64,000 nt of DNA, from positions 10,751,844 through 10,815,843 of the forward strand of contig OZ199840.1 of the NCBI GenBank assembly GCA_964304625.1, read 5' to 3'. Positions within the stretch are counted from its first letter, which is position 1; every line of letters starts with the position of its first letter. Source of the DNA: Kudoa neothunni. Taxonomy: Eukaryota > Animalia > Cnidaria. Shown piece after piece: positions 36,591-50,378 of this stretch. The notes beneath the pieces were generated by a model that saw only the letters and a list, made by a program, of their open reading frames with translations, did no database searches and was not told the DNA's origin. The position numbers were made by a program, and so were the translations under genes.

Positions 36591-38619
36591 CAGTGGGTGA
36601 GGGCTAATTCGTACTTTTATTCATCGCACGCGCAAAAAATTTGGGTCGATTTTATAAGAAATGTGATATTATCCTACTTTTTTAAAATAAAATTTGTTAT
36701 TTTCGTTTGCTCAAATCCTTTTTTTGAGATTAGAAACATTTCTTCTTCTAGTTTGTGAAGATAAGATAATCCAACATATTTGATCCATTCTTAATGAAGT
36801 ATCCCTTTAAATATTCAAAGCACTTCAGCGCTTCTTTCGTGGTATATGACTTTTCTTTGTATGTTTCGGGTTCACAATCAAACAATTTCTTTATATCAAT
36901 GGTTACGCCATCGTTTCCACGGTTGTCCTCAAATTCACAGACTTGAACGAGTTCTTCTTCATCTTGGCATTGTATTATCTCTGGATCGTCGATTTCATCT
37001 AAAACTTCATGGTTTATGGGTTCGTCTATGTACAATTATTAAGTTTGTATAAAATAGTAATAAGGGTCTTCGTTACCATCGAATCTAAATCTAGCTTTCT
37101 TTGGATCGTTACATTCTCCCACGATTTTTTTACAAGCACCAACGCATCTAATAAATCAATTGGCTTAAGTTCGACATCATTCTCAACTAAAAATGTAGAT
37201 CTATTTATTGGATATCTTCTATAAACAGCTTTAAATGAATTAATACTCCCTTGATTCATAGGTTGCAAAACATTAGTTGTGTTTTTAGGGAAAAATAATG
37301 ATTAAATATTTGATAATTATAATGGTGAATGGCAACTCGCATTATCATGAAATAGCACAATTTTTTTGTTCTGCTCTTTGAAATTAGAATTTAATTTAAC
37401 TAAATATTTCTTAAATATCTCTGAGGTCATCCATGCTTTCTTAATGGAGAAGTAAGGAACTGGATTATCTTTCAAATTTTTAAAACACCTTGGTTTTTCA
37501 TGATGACCAATCACTAATGGTTCCAATTTTTCGCCTAATAATGATGCTCCCAATAAAAGCGTAACTCTTTTTTTGATCGCTTTGAGCATTTTGCATTTAC
37601 CTCAGTAGATAGAACGTAACTTCTTCCTAAATTAGGTTAACATAAATACGTTCGAGTGAATATAATGTATTGTAAAATAGTTCTTAAAAAATTCCAATGG
37701 GAATTTGTTGATGATTGACATAAATTAAATGTTGATATAATTATTTTTTTAACGACATGTAGCAAGTCAATGACGCTTTTTGTCGTTATTGTGTAGCTTA
37801 TGTATCTTACTGGGATGTTGTTTATAGAACAAAGCTGTTTCATCAAGGTTGTACACTTGTTCAGCTTTATAATTTTTCAATATATTTTTGAATTGAAGTT
37901 CCAATCATCGACAGTTTCCATGTTTACCATGTTTGCCTCGGCATGAAAATTTGGTCGTCGTAAATTACATCTTTCGTTAAATCCACGAAACCAACCATAG
38001 CTCATATCCTCCGCTTCTTTATTAATGGTTTTTGCAAATTCATTTCGTTTTGAAATAATTTCCAACGACGAAATTTCCAATTTTTTTGGACCTCATCCAT
38101 ATTAACCACTCAAAAACTTGTTGATCAATTTCATCATTCGAACCCTTTTTTAAGGTTTTACGATTTTTCTTGACTACTCCGATCTTAACGGAGCTCCTTA
38201 TTTCCTCTTTTTTCAATAATATTCCATTCAAAGTTGAAATAGAGGATAAACCAAAATGTTTCACTGTGTGACTTTTAGCATTTTTTGGAGGCTAAATTTC
38301 GAAGTATTTAATAATATTATATTTTTCGGTAAGTGTCATCCATTTACGCTTTCTTTATTCATCCATATTTCTGTATTAAATGATATCGGCGCGCTCTTTG
38401 CATCCCTGCTCCGCGGAAATTAGTGCGAATTATCCATCAATGGGTTTAACTTATAAAATTTTCTTATATTTAACAGGATAAAACATTTTAAAGTTGAATA
38501 TCGTCATAATTAATGATTCTATTCCTATATATAATGATAAAAACCTCCAGGTTTATTTATTTTGGCGACAATGAAAAAAGTGCGAGTTACCTATACTGCG
38601 AATTAGCCGTCACTCAATG
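36591..38619 (-). mobile_element. Tigger/pogo DNA transposon, pseudogenised
   Basis: TIRs are TA|CAGTGGGTGAGGGCTAATTCG and CGAATTAGCCGTCACTCAATG|TA. It carries CENP-B-type HTH remnants (EIDQQVFEW, SYGWFRGF) and DDE_1 motifs YNLDETALFYK, KAWMTSEIF, HDNASCH and QPMNQG. Frameshifted, with a ~190-bp insert at ~37635-37826. Confidence 0.9.
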
Positions 38620-39585
38620 TATAAAAATTAGATCAAATTTACGACTCGTGAGCACTAAGCTTAAGAATAAAGTTGCCAAATGATGGGTCATGGGCACTTA
38701 AAGAAAACTAAGACGTTACGTTATTTGAAAGATAAAATGGATATAATGCCATATTATGAAAGAATATCGAATGGGGAAAACAGATAAACTAAAATTCTCA
38801 ATTATTTTAACTTAAAATATTCATTTTTTTAAATAGGATTTTGGGTAATAAAGAATCCAATATAAAGTCTCATAATGGTATGAAAATTACAAATAACCAC
38901 AAAAAATTTACTATTTCTATGAATGATGCTTTAATTTATTTAAGAAAACTGTACATATTCTTCAGAAAACGACGTTTTACGATTCAAGAATGTCAGAGCT
39001 TTACCAGTAAAATATTAAAAACTTTTCCAAAGCAAAATCCAACCAATAAGTATGCTAAAAACTTTTAGTTATATTTTATTAGGTATATCAATTAATTTTA
39101 TGAAATTATGCATATCAATATATATTAAATTTATCTTTATTATTAACTCTTACTCCTACTTCTCTTGATTACTGAAAATGATTCATTTGTTACGCAACAC
39201 TTCCTTAAGATATAATGATTCATTAATTAAGTTTTCTGCATGTTTATATTTAAAATCATCCAAACCTTTATGATTAAAATAAAAAATAATTTTAATTGTA
39301 ATAAAATTTGATGTGTAAATTGCATTTATTATTTTTTTAAATTTTTGTTGACAGAAATCATTGGTATTATCATCACGTCGTCTAAATGGTTTGTTTCTAC
39401 AAATCAAAGTCAAGGATCGACTGGATTAATCACATTTAAAATTTACATGATTGCTATAAGAAAATATTATTTTATTAATATACTTTTGACTATAAATACA
39501 AACATAATGATAAATAAGAATGACTAAATGGCAAGATTCCATATTAAAATTTTGCTTTGTTCGCATGCGTCATGACGGCTCGAAG

Positions 39586-40137
39586 CAGGGCTGCCACCCG
39601 GTTTTAGAACAAACCCAAGGTCGAGAAAAAAACTAATCGAAAATACAACAAAAAATAGAATCATGTCTATTAAAGTTTTTGATCATTTTCCGAGTCTTTA
39701 ATTACGTCTACAAAATTAAATTTAAATTTATCGTCGTATTATTGCAATTTATTGACGCGAACACTCACTCAAACTCAATGTCTAATATAGATCAGTGTGT
39801 TTGCAATGAATGAATTAATTAATAGTTCAAGATATATTTTGAAATAACGTAAATTTTTTTATTATGTGCGACAATGTTAACTGAACAATTGTGTAATCGT
39901 GTCATTTAAATAATCTATTGTGCTGTCGTTCAATATTTTAAATGTTTAAAGCCTGCACGATATAATCTGAATAGGATACGTAATTAAAAAAATATATATA
40001 TATATATCAATGTCGCACATAATAAAATTTGTGTTATGATTCAATGTTTACAAGTTTCCAATAAAACCCCAAGATTTTGTAAAAAATGAAAAAAAAACCT
40101 CAAGAACCCAAGGTCTTGGGAAAAAACTCAGGCCCTG
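39586..40137. mobile_element. hAT-type MITE with 8-bp TSD
   Basis: CAGGGC...GCCCTG termini, flanked by GCTCGAAG (39578-39585) and GCTCGAGG (40138-40145). Repeated internal AACCCAAG motifs. Confidence 0.7.
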
Positions 40138-40431
40138 GCTCGAGGGCAACTCGAACCCAATTCCTATTTTAATGCCCACGGCCTGTCACCCACTGTAATA
40201 AGAATTATCTTACTTAAGTTTTTTATAATAAATTTTTACGATATAACCATGCTTAAGATATTAATATTTTGAGCTGGAAATTTGTTAATATAATTTGACC
40301 AGATTTCAAATTAATAAAAATTTAATTAGAATTAGAGACAAAAACAAGGAATTCGGGGTCAATATAAAAAGGAGACAAATCTTATGAAATCGCATTATTT
40401 TATCTTTAAAGCCACATGCAAAAATTGAAAA

Positions 40432-43032
40432 GGTAATGAGGGAGTATCCATCTCCAAAAATTCATTCTTTTGCGCTTGTAAAAACCTACCGATTTTATTA
40501 TAAATTGTCTTTATACATTTTTAAATATGTAGTAATCACAAATATCTTTAAAAATATCAGTTTAAAAAAATCAATAAAAATGCAGCTTTGGTCATTATCG
40601 TAACGTGCGCACAACTTTGTGCGTCCTTTTTTGCGCTTTATTTCCCTAAGTTTCCATATATATGCAACTTTGAGACCATTAATATGTTCAATTTAATTAA
40701 ATTTTATAATATCATTAGTATTATCAATAGATCTCTACTTTAGTTCTACATTTTGGGTATTAGATATAATTTTTGTGATTTTAATTATTGGTTTAAAAAT
40801 TTTTATCAGAGATAAATTAATGAGTTATATTTAAAAGTTTCTGAAACAAGCTATCGACTGAAGCTTAGTAATGGTAGAATTTAAGTCGCAGCACCAGTTT
40901 TACAAGCTGCTTCTAGATCAAGGAACATTGCTAAACTCCTTACCCAGGAACGGTCTATTGCAGAGAATGCCGAACAGGTGCAAGAATTGTCGTGGGTATA
41001 AAACCTATAAATTAAAGATTGAACGAAGGTTAAAAACAATTCCACAGATCTACAATTTATTTGTGAATCAGAAAAATCCACTTATATTTGTTCAAAGTAA
41101 TTTTATGTTACAGGAATTATTCTAGATATACTTGTAAGACATGTCTCTCTCTAAGAACCTCAACTCTCTTTGGAATTATGAATAAATTTCAAGACAATTC
41201 TTCAAAGTTATCGGTTTCCTATATTTTTGAGCTGGTTTATTTGTGGGCTATGGATGAGCTTAGACACCAGATGATCATTTTAACTGGAATAACAGGAAAA
41301 ACTATTACATATTGGTACTCATCCTTAAGAAAAATTTGTTGGGAAAATTTTCAGCGGCGTGACAAGTTCGACGGAAAAAGAATTATTGAAATAGACGAAT
41401 GACTTTTGGGGGAAACGGAAAAATAATCGTGGTAGGTACTTGGGAGCAGATGACTGGAGAAGCGCCCCTAATGAAACGTATTCTCCATCATCATCATGAT
41501 CTGATGATGACACGGATGATGATGCTGGTGGCACTAATGTCGAAAGATATAGGAAAGGAATAGAAGGTCCATGGGTAGTTGGAATTTATGAATGTTCCGT
41601 TGACGGTGAAGGTAATCGTAAATTTCTGGAGTAGATATTTTTTATTGTGGATCGAAGGGATAAATGTACCCTTATACCCCTAATTTTTCAAGAGGTATCA
41701 CATGGCTCCACAATTTACACAGACGAATGGAAAGGGTACAAATGGTTAAGAATTTACGGATATAACCATATAGCTATAAACTACTCAGAAGAATACGTTA
41801 CAGATTACGGGGATCATACAAACACTGTAGAGGTTGTATGGCACCATTTAAAAACGAAGCTTTTGCGAAGGATGAGTGGTGTGCCGAAAGATATGCTTCA
41901 ATTGTATCTGGCTGAGGAGTTATCACGATCGAAAAATGAAAATTCATGGGGGTTTTCGATTTTATTAGGAAAGAGATAACAAGAATATATTCCATTAACA
42001 ATAATAATAATGAAAATTAGTTTATTCAATTCTGTTGTACGATTCTTCTTCGATTTACGGACACACATTTAGTATCTTTTATATAACAACAATTTAAACT
42101 TTGTTATATTGTATCATTAAGTTACGTACATTTAAAAATTATGGAGAATATAGTTTTCACTACGGAAATTTATTACCAATATTTTAAAAGTTAATCATTT
42201 GATCGATAGAACATAAGCTCTACCAAACGAATACACTAATGCGTTAAAAAACGATATATATTTTTGTATGCCGATAATTTTTTTTTATTCCATATAATAT
42301 AAGTTGTTAACAAATTTATGACAACCATTGATTACTTTTTGGTTGTCTTGGGTGACGAAATAATAAAACTAAACAAAATGCTTCATTTTTAATATGTTTG
42401 CGTTCGTGTAGAGTCCAAAACTAGAGATCATTAAGTAACCTTCTCATTCAAAACGAATTCCTTTAATTATTAATGTTTCCATTATACAGTAATTTATTAA
42501 ATAATTTGTGAGTTTCTAATTCACTACAAATATGGGAAATATTATGATAGACACAATAATATTACAATTATTCGCAACGTTAAAAAAATAAATCACTAAG
42601 ACAATTATATAAGCTAAAGTTAGTTGGTTTCGACATTTCTAATCAATTAAACTTTTATTTTTTAACGATTCTTTCTGGGTAGAAGTTAATTTAAATTCAA
42701 ACAAATTATCTAAATCTATTACTGCTGAGTCAATTATGTTTTTCACCCATAAATGCTATAATATGACTAATTTGGAGATAATGATAGCCGCAAAGTTGCA
42801 TACATGTGGAAACTTAGGGAAATATAGCGCGAAAAAAAACGTACAAAGTTATGATCACGCTATAATAATGACCGAAACTGCATTTTTATTGATTTTTTTA
42901 AACAGATATTTTTAAAGATACTTGTAATCACTTTACATTTAAAAAATGTATAAAGAAGATTTATAATAAACTCGGTAGGTTTGCACAAGCGCAAAAAGGC
43001 GAATTTTTGGAGGTGGATACTCCCCCATTACC
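40432..43032 (+). mobile_element. Merlin (IS1595/ISXO2-like) DNA transposon with ~240-bp TIRs, pseudogenised
   Basis: GGTAATG...CATTACC termini with long imperfect TIRs (40432-40671 and 42791-43032) and an 8-bp TSD (ATTGAAAA/ATTAAAAA). Transposase motifs IEIDE, GSTIYTDEWKGY, HTNTVEVVWHHLK and YLAE. Confidence 0.9.
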
Positions 43033-43144
43033 ATTAAAAATAACAATAATTTCAGCTAACAACTTCCAATACCAAACAATGCTACGTGATCAAATAATCT
43101 TATTAATAAATATTACCTATAAAATATAGTTAACAAAAATTAAT

Positions 43145-46140
43145 TTAATCTTTTTTCTTCTTCAATACTACGATTCCACCTATCGTTACGACCACAACCA
43201 CAGCAACGCATGCAATAATGATTCTATAAAAAGGTTAGTTCATATATCAATATTTAAAGATGTTTACATAAGTTTAGTTTTATCCCTAAAAAACATTAAA
43301 TAAAATTAAATAAAATCACTTTACTAAACTCACCCTGAGCTACTTTTAGCTCCTACGATATATAACATTAAATCACACTGTGAACAAATAATATACCTTG
43401 TTGTATGTCCGCACCACCGAAAATATTGTTATCTTGAGCACTGTAAACAGTCAAATAATAGTTATTCCAATCAGGTAAATTATTTATTTTGAACTCTTTA
43501 CAGGTTTCAAAGGCAGTGCATCTGTCTACATTTTTTCCCATGCAAGATTTTACTACCGCATTAGACTTGACACTACTGTTACGTAACTCCCATTTGCATT
43601 TTGATTTATCGTTCATGCCGGCTGGGAGTGTGGTGGTTACAATGAAACTGTTCCCATCACGTGTAATGACGACTGATATCAATTTTGAGGAGTCAGTTGG
43701 GTTTACTTGTGGTGCACCTAATATAAGTTTCGTTTAAAAAATTCATAATAGAGACACTAATTGTAATACTTGATTCTATGATATGCTCTTTTTGTGAAGA
43801 TTTTCCGATAGCTGTGACTAAAATTTTGTATGTATTGGCTGCTTCATACTCGGGAAATGTTATGGAACTGCAAAGGGGATTTGAAGAACATGTGTTAGTG
43901 CTTTTCGCGGCACCAGCACGTTGTGTATTTGAATTATCTGAAACTGACGATTTCGCCTTTGGCATTAGACCACCGTCTGCTACCATTGGTGTAGCAATTC
44001 TAGCTATACTGAGGTCTTTAGAACTTAATCTGGAAACAGGAACTGAAACGGGTGTTGGTGATACTGGGGCGGTAACAGGTGGCGTTACTTTCGGCACCAC
44101 TGGACATGTGTAATAGTCTGTGTAATCGTTGCCAGTCTTCTTTTGTATGATATAACTGCATGTTGCACTTGGATCCACGGAATTTAATTGTGCCTTCAAT
44201 GCCAAACCATCCAAGGTGATCTTGTGTGTTATCATTAAAGTTGTTAATGCTATTAAAAAATCATAGAATAAATTAAAACTTCAATAACCTGTTCGTATTT
44301 CTTTGTAATCTTTTATATCGTAGTCCATATGTGCGATCACTCTGATGTCATAAAGAGCGTTTGGTTCAAGGTCTTCTAGAGTAACTTGATCCCTGCAAAT
44401 TCCTCTACACGGAGTGTTGCCATTACATTTCGCGGGATAAAAGCTATCTAATCCAGCTGGACTCATCAAATACTCACAGGTAGGTTCATTTTGTCTATTT
44501 TCGGGTGAATTTCCACCAACAGCTGTAAGAGAAACTGTCGTATCTGTCTTTGTAGGATCAGTAGTTTCATATGCTTTATCTCCCTTTTCTGTATAATTCA
44601 TTATTTTATAAAATTATTATAATGATTTACTTGTTCTTATGAATATATTTTCTTTATAAATCGTTGAAACATCATCTCCTTCTAATGTGATCTCAATCAT
44701 ATAAGCTTTTCCCTCTGGAAGTTTCTCTATTGTCAATTTAGAGCAATTGGTGCTACATTTATCGTCGTCTGAACTAGCAGTGGAACATTTTGTTTCTTCT
44801 AGAGTGTCTGGTTTGATTTTGTCCGCAAAATAGTGTTTAAGAGTACATTTATCAATTTTCGGGTTATCAGTGCTTTTAAATAGGGCACTATCAATTGACA
44901 CTCCCTGGTGCGTGTACTCTGACAGGAATCCTTCAGTTGATCCAGTAATTGCTAAAGGAAATAAGAAAAAATTAACATTAATATACGGATTACTGATTTT
45001 AGTTCGTTCGCAATCTCCGAAATTACCACTAGTAGGATTTATGTCGTGGTGCCTTGTTTGGATTAAAATTTTGTAAATCTTTTTACCCACAATGCCATTG
45101 AGTTCGACGTACTTACAAGGGGCGTAACAGCTCTTGTCGGCTTTACCACAAATTGATGTATATTTTAGATTGTTTGTAGTATCCTGACCATCTTTTAGAC
45201 TGAACAAGCATATTTCAGATGATAGCGAGTTAGTGAATTTAATTCCTACTTTGTCCCCAGTTTTGGCAACAATATAAAACTGAGGCTTATAAATGTCTAT
45301 GCTTTTCTTCATGTATTCATTAGGCATATTGTAAAAGAAACTAGGATAATTTTCGCATCTTACTTCATAATACGATAACAATAAATCAAAATCAACAATG
45401 TTCAATGTATTATCACTAATACAATCGCCCCCCTTGGTACCATCTGCATATTTAATATCCTTATAATAAATAGGACAATTTACACGTTCACATGTTTTTG
45501 CTGCCAATTTCAGCTTATTTTTGCTGGCTGTTTCTGCAGAAAGAGACACGGTAATTTGTGGATTAACCAATAATGCTAAATTCAATTTATTTTATTATTA
45601 GATAAAATGGATTTACGTATTGAATATCCGAATACTTTTGCTTCTGCCCCCTGAGTGATGTCTTTAATAGTATTTGTGTTCTCGCCTACGTAGACGAATA
45701 TGTATTTTGTTCTTGGCGACAACTTTTTGTAATCAATAGTATTCGTATTAATGTCACAATCGACAACACATTTATCGGCAGCTTCACCATCGGTATTAGC
45801 AGTGCAGCTGTCGATGTTCATAAATGCAGCTGCTGGTGGTGCAGCCGAAGTACCAAGAGTGGACGCAATTTCTGCCTCGTTAGATCTCCTTAAAAGGCAC
45901 TTTTTTCCATTTGGATATTCAGAGCCTCCAAGATTGATTTTAATTTTGTCTGAGCTATTAACTGTATCTTTCACAATCTGATATGTCAGTGTTTTTGTTG
46001 TAGCCGGAGCCGCAGCAGGAGAACTTGGACTTGCAACAGCATTGGCTGAGCTTGATAATAAAATACCTATACTTACATCAGTATTAAAATTAACTCAGGA
46101 AGATACCTAAAACAAGGTAAAGAAATCCAGTTATTTTCAT
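43145..46140 (-). CDS. Family gene B: divergent paralogue, 10 exons
   Basis: Signal peptide MKITGFLYLVLGILLSSSANA. Shares motifs LSPRTKY, LLVNPQ, RCENYPSFFY, EICLFSLK, CYAPC, IQTRH, PCRGICR and LEPNALYDIRVIAH. Micro-exons at 43334-43352 and 43268-43285; TM plus tail IIIIACVAVVVVVTIGGIVVLKKKKD*. Confidence 0.88.
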
Positions 46141-46426
46141 GATTTTCAATTAAATGAGCTACCAATTGATGGTTCGGAATACAATTGACCCGAATTTCAC
46201 TTATTTATGGATACAACGATTCATTCATTATCAGGTATAAAAACTTTGACTATATAATAATTATTCAAACTATTAACAAATTATTTTAAACCAATTTTTT
46301 GTTATCTACCTCAAATCGGTGTGGTAAATTATTTAGAACTTTTAATGGAATCATAAGTTTTCCTACATTACATTGTTTTTAGAGTAATATCGAAGTAAAA
46401 TATTAAGCTTTAGAAAAATAATGGTA

Positions 46427-48413
46427 CCGAAGGCAATTGGTTTTTCGTACTTTTCAGAGCGCGCGTGTCTTAAAAATCATGATAGTTGGGGAATGATTTA
46501 AATGGGTTTTAATTAAAATTTTTATTATTTTCTGTTTCATTTAATATAAATAATTAAAAATAAACCCGTTGAATGCTATTACCGATTTGAGAAAATTTAA
46601 TTTTTTTATATTTTAAATGACATTTAACATTTATTTCAAAATCTTATTTATTGTAAGAATAAATTTTCCGTAAAATTCCGTCTTTGTGATTAAATAAAAA
46701 TTTATTCTGCTGTAAATTTTGAGCTAAATGATCTCGAATTAAATTATTGCAGCTACAAGAAACGATAGTAATGGTTTTCTGTTATCTTATCTCACCAATT
46801 TTTATCAATTTTGACAATCAATAATGAAAAATTGCTAATAGAAACCAAATAATAACTGAGAAACAACTTTAAGAATCGTTTTTTTGGAAATAATCAGTTA
46901 TCTTAGTTTGGCTAAATTTTTTTGAATAATATGTTTGACAACGCACTTTCCAGCTTTATGAACAAGTTGTACGCATCAATTGCATTAGGCTTGATGAAAC
47001 TTTAAAGTTTTTTAATTGATTCTATAACTTCCATCGAAGAAATATCATCGATTAGTAAATCTAAGGATATATCGTCATCATAACGGTTCTTTTACCTTTT
47101 CTATGTTATGCTGTATGTTAACTGAATCTTCATTATTCATAGAAAATTATCGTGTTCCTCTAGAATCATCTCGTCAATTTCCACATCAATTTCGGTTTGT
47201 TCATCGAGCGTAATTTCATTGTTTATATCTTTATCGTTAGCAGAAGAAAATCTAACTTTAAAACAATTTAATATGGTCTTATTTCCAACAGACTCACACG
47301 CTTCTTCAATTAAAAATATAGATTCCACGTAATCTGAGGAAGTTGGGAGAGAGCTAGCTTATGTGAATACAAAGAACTTTTTTATAATTTCTCATTTATA
47401 TGGCTAAAATCGTTGTGAAAATTAGAAATTGTACTGTCGAATATAAAACAATTTTATTGTAATTTATTCAAAAAATTATTTATAACAATTATATATTTAA
47501 TAAATATATGATCAGTCATTCATGCTTTTTCGCTGCACTCATACTTTAGTATAATATTTTTCACATTTTTGGAGCATCTCGATTTAGAAGAATGCAAAAT
47601 AATCAAAGGATCGAGTTTCTTACCAGATTTGAAAGCACCAAAGAGGATTGTTATTATTTTTTTTTATTCGATTATAGGCTTTCTCCTTAGTTTTAATATA
47701 GCTCTTTCCTAAAACTGTGCAAACATATACAAACAAAAATTTTAGTTCTTGTTGCTGATAGTATAGCGCAATTTCGTCAATTTTAAAAACACAGTCGGGT
47801 GAGCAGACCTTTATTACATCTAATAACATCGGAATCCACTTTTAATTGTTTCGCTGTCACGATACAAAAATCATCATGATAATTTTGCAATTTTAGGTTG
47901 AATATTGATTAAACCATTTAAACTGTTGGTTGTGAATGAATCCACACATAAATAATTTGAGCGAAATTCTCTCATCTTATTAATCATATCAATAGAAATT
48001 GGCTCTATTTTTTGAGCGCATCAAATTAATCGACTCAAACTTCTCCGAATCAAACTCTTTGTTGATACAATATTTCAATTTTTTTCGGTGAAGCCATCCC
48101 ACCTTCACGGGATTTCAATATTTCTTCTTTCTTATCAAGAATTCTATCCAATGTTGAAATTGTAAGAAGTTTAAAATATCGGACGGTAACATCCCCAGCT
48201 CCCTTATTAGACAAATGTTCGAAAAATTCGATTATTTCAAATTCTTACTTAATTGTAACGCTTTTTTTTGTTTTCGTCATTCTTTCTTTATTTTTAAACT
48301 TTTTTAAATTAAATTTTAATGATATTCTAATATTGAATCTTTACTTTTACAGAAAATTTCAGAGTAAACGAGAAACAAGAAGTTAAAAAGTACGAAAAAT
48401 CGATTGCCTACTG
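46427..48413 (-). mobile_element. Decayed Tigger/pogo element ~290 bp upstream of gene B
   Basis: Inverted repeats AGGCAATTGGTTTTTCGTACTTTT and AAAAGTACGAAAAATCGATTGCCT. Remnants MTKTKKSVTIK, ISTLDRI and CVFKIDEIALYY. Confidence 0.7.
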
Positions 48414-50378
48414 AAATAATATTTATTATAGAGGGTATTTTGGGCTGAAATTTGATATACGCCACCCTTTACGCCCAGTTCAAAAAGAGAATTATTTTGT
48501 AATAAACGAGATTATATTTACTACTAACGATAAGTATGTAATAGTTAATAGTCATTCTAACACGATGTCATACATCACTATTTGAAGAGCATTGATAAAA
48601 CCATTCCACAAATCATTGCAGTTTTTTTCTCCTTCATAGAAATTCAGCAAGGAATTCGGGTAATGTGGAGCGTGTGGTTCCCCCATTTTTAGCGTTTTTA
48701 CGACTTTTTCCGTCGGGAGCGGTTCCAAAAAATCTTATATGCTATTCTCATCTGGAGTGAATCAAAATTTTTCTTCTAATCGCATATATGACAGTGTAGT
48801 AAACAATATAATCTCTATGTTATACACTAGTTTCTGTATTCCACCATGAAGGAATACGATTTTGAGTACATATTGTACATCGAACTATTTTTTTATTTTT
48901 ACATGATATCTTTAAATAAATTAGCAGTAAGTCATTATTGATGGCTGCTGTTCAGACATGTAGAATATTGAAAATTTATCCAGTCAAAACATTTTTTCTT
49001 AATTATAGCAATATAACTATTTTCAGTGTTACATATCTTCCCATTCGAAACGCTCTATCATTTAAGACAATTATTGAGTGTTAATTGGTAAATTTACTCC
49101 TAACTTTGACTTTAAAAAGTAATTATTAACTGGAAAATGTATAAACAACTAATGTATTAGTTCGAAAGAATGTCTAAAAATTGAAATAATCTCCAGGAAT
49201 GAATTTTCTTTGATTGGGAATAAATTCATGAAAAATAAACATAATTACACGATATAGATATAATTTTTTATTTTGATTTTTTTGATCTGCCATCTATTCA
49301 AGAACCATTCGTGTTTATTCATTTTAATAATAAAAATAATAATTCTATGAATATAAATTAACGAACAATTAGCACAATAGAAAGGTTCGATACACTTAAA
49401 TACGATGGGAACCATTAAAATAGACTCAAGTTTTTTAAGTAAAATTTCATATGTATAATTGAAAAAAGTTTAAAATGATAAATTTATATAAGTAATTATC
49501 AAAAGATAGTAAAAAAATAATAGTAAGTTGATGTTATTATTATTTTACTAATTAGAAAATTAAATTTGATGTGATAATAAAAAGTGTGAGATAAATTGGG
49601 ATTAAGGGATTTTAAATGTATCACTTTCATGAATGATGAAGTTATTTTTACATGCTCCAAATCCTATTATAATAATTCTCACTCTAATTTTAGGAAAAAT
49701 GAAGAATAATAATATTTTGGAGGTACGACATACTTCATTGTTGTGATATACTTATGATAAAATCAAGCAGAAAAATAATCGGAACTTAATTTTATAAACA
49801 CATGGCGTGAAAAATGAATTTTTCGCATTATTTTATCTTCGCACTTTATACGAAAAACAAAAAATAAAATTATATTAAAAATAAGAACATTTCAATTTTA
49901 TCAGCGTTAAGTTATTTTAATGTACTTGAATTTAATTTGGATATCCATTTAGTTATAAATTATACTTATTTCCTTAATATATAAAAATAAATCAATTATT
50001 TAGTTCTAATTAAAATAAGCGTTTATTAGGTATAATGTTAGTGAATCAATTAGGGATTTTATGTTATGCTTAAATTCATTAGTATTAATACATTCATTCA
50101 TTCATTCATCACATCATATTTAATCAATGAACGGTTTACATTAATTATTGTTATTATTTTGTATGCTATATTCATATCATACTGAAATAATATAAACTCT
50201 TAATTTTCAGAGGTTATTTAAATAAAAATTATATCGTTTATGTTATATTAAATTATGATTTAATTAGTAAATATTATAACGTTTTTTATATAATAGACTT
50301 CAACGTAATTGAATAATTCTATTTGAACAAGTGTGACGGTGTGACGGCAACTTCCGTGAGATAATTAGATTCAATACA

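Larger units (their letters stand above)
36452..40195 (+). mobile_element. Outer decayed pogo/Tigger-like element hosting two nested insertions
   Basis: Ends are TA|CGGTAGGTGACGGC and GCCTGTCACCCACTG|TA. The A3 flank lacks the element after ...AAAACTCAATA (53838). A Tigger-like C-terminal remnant lies in ORF 38841..39068. Confidence 0.55.
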
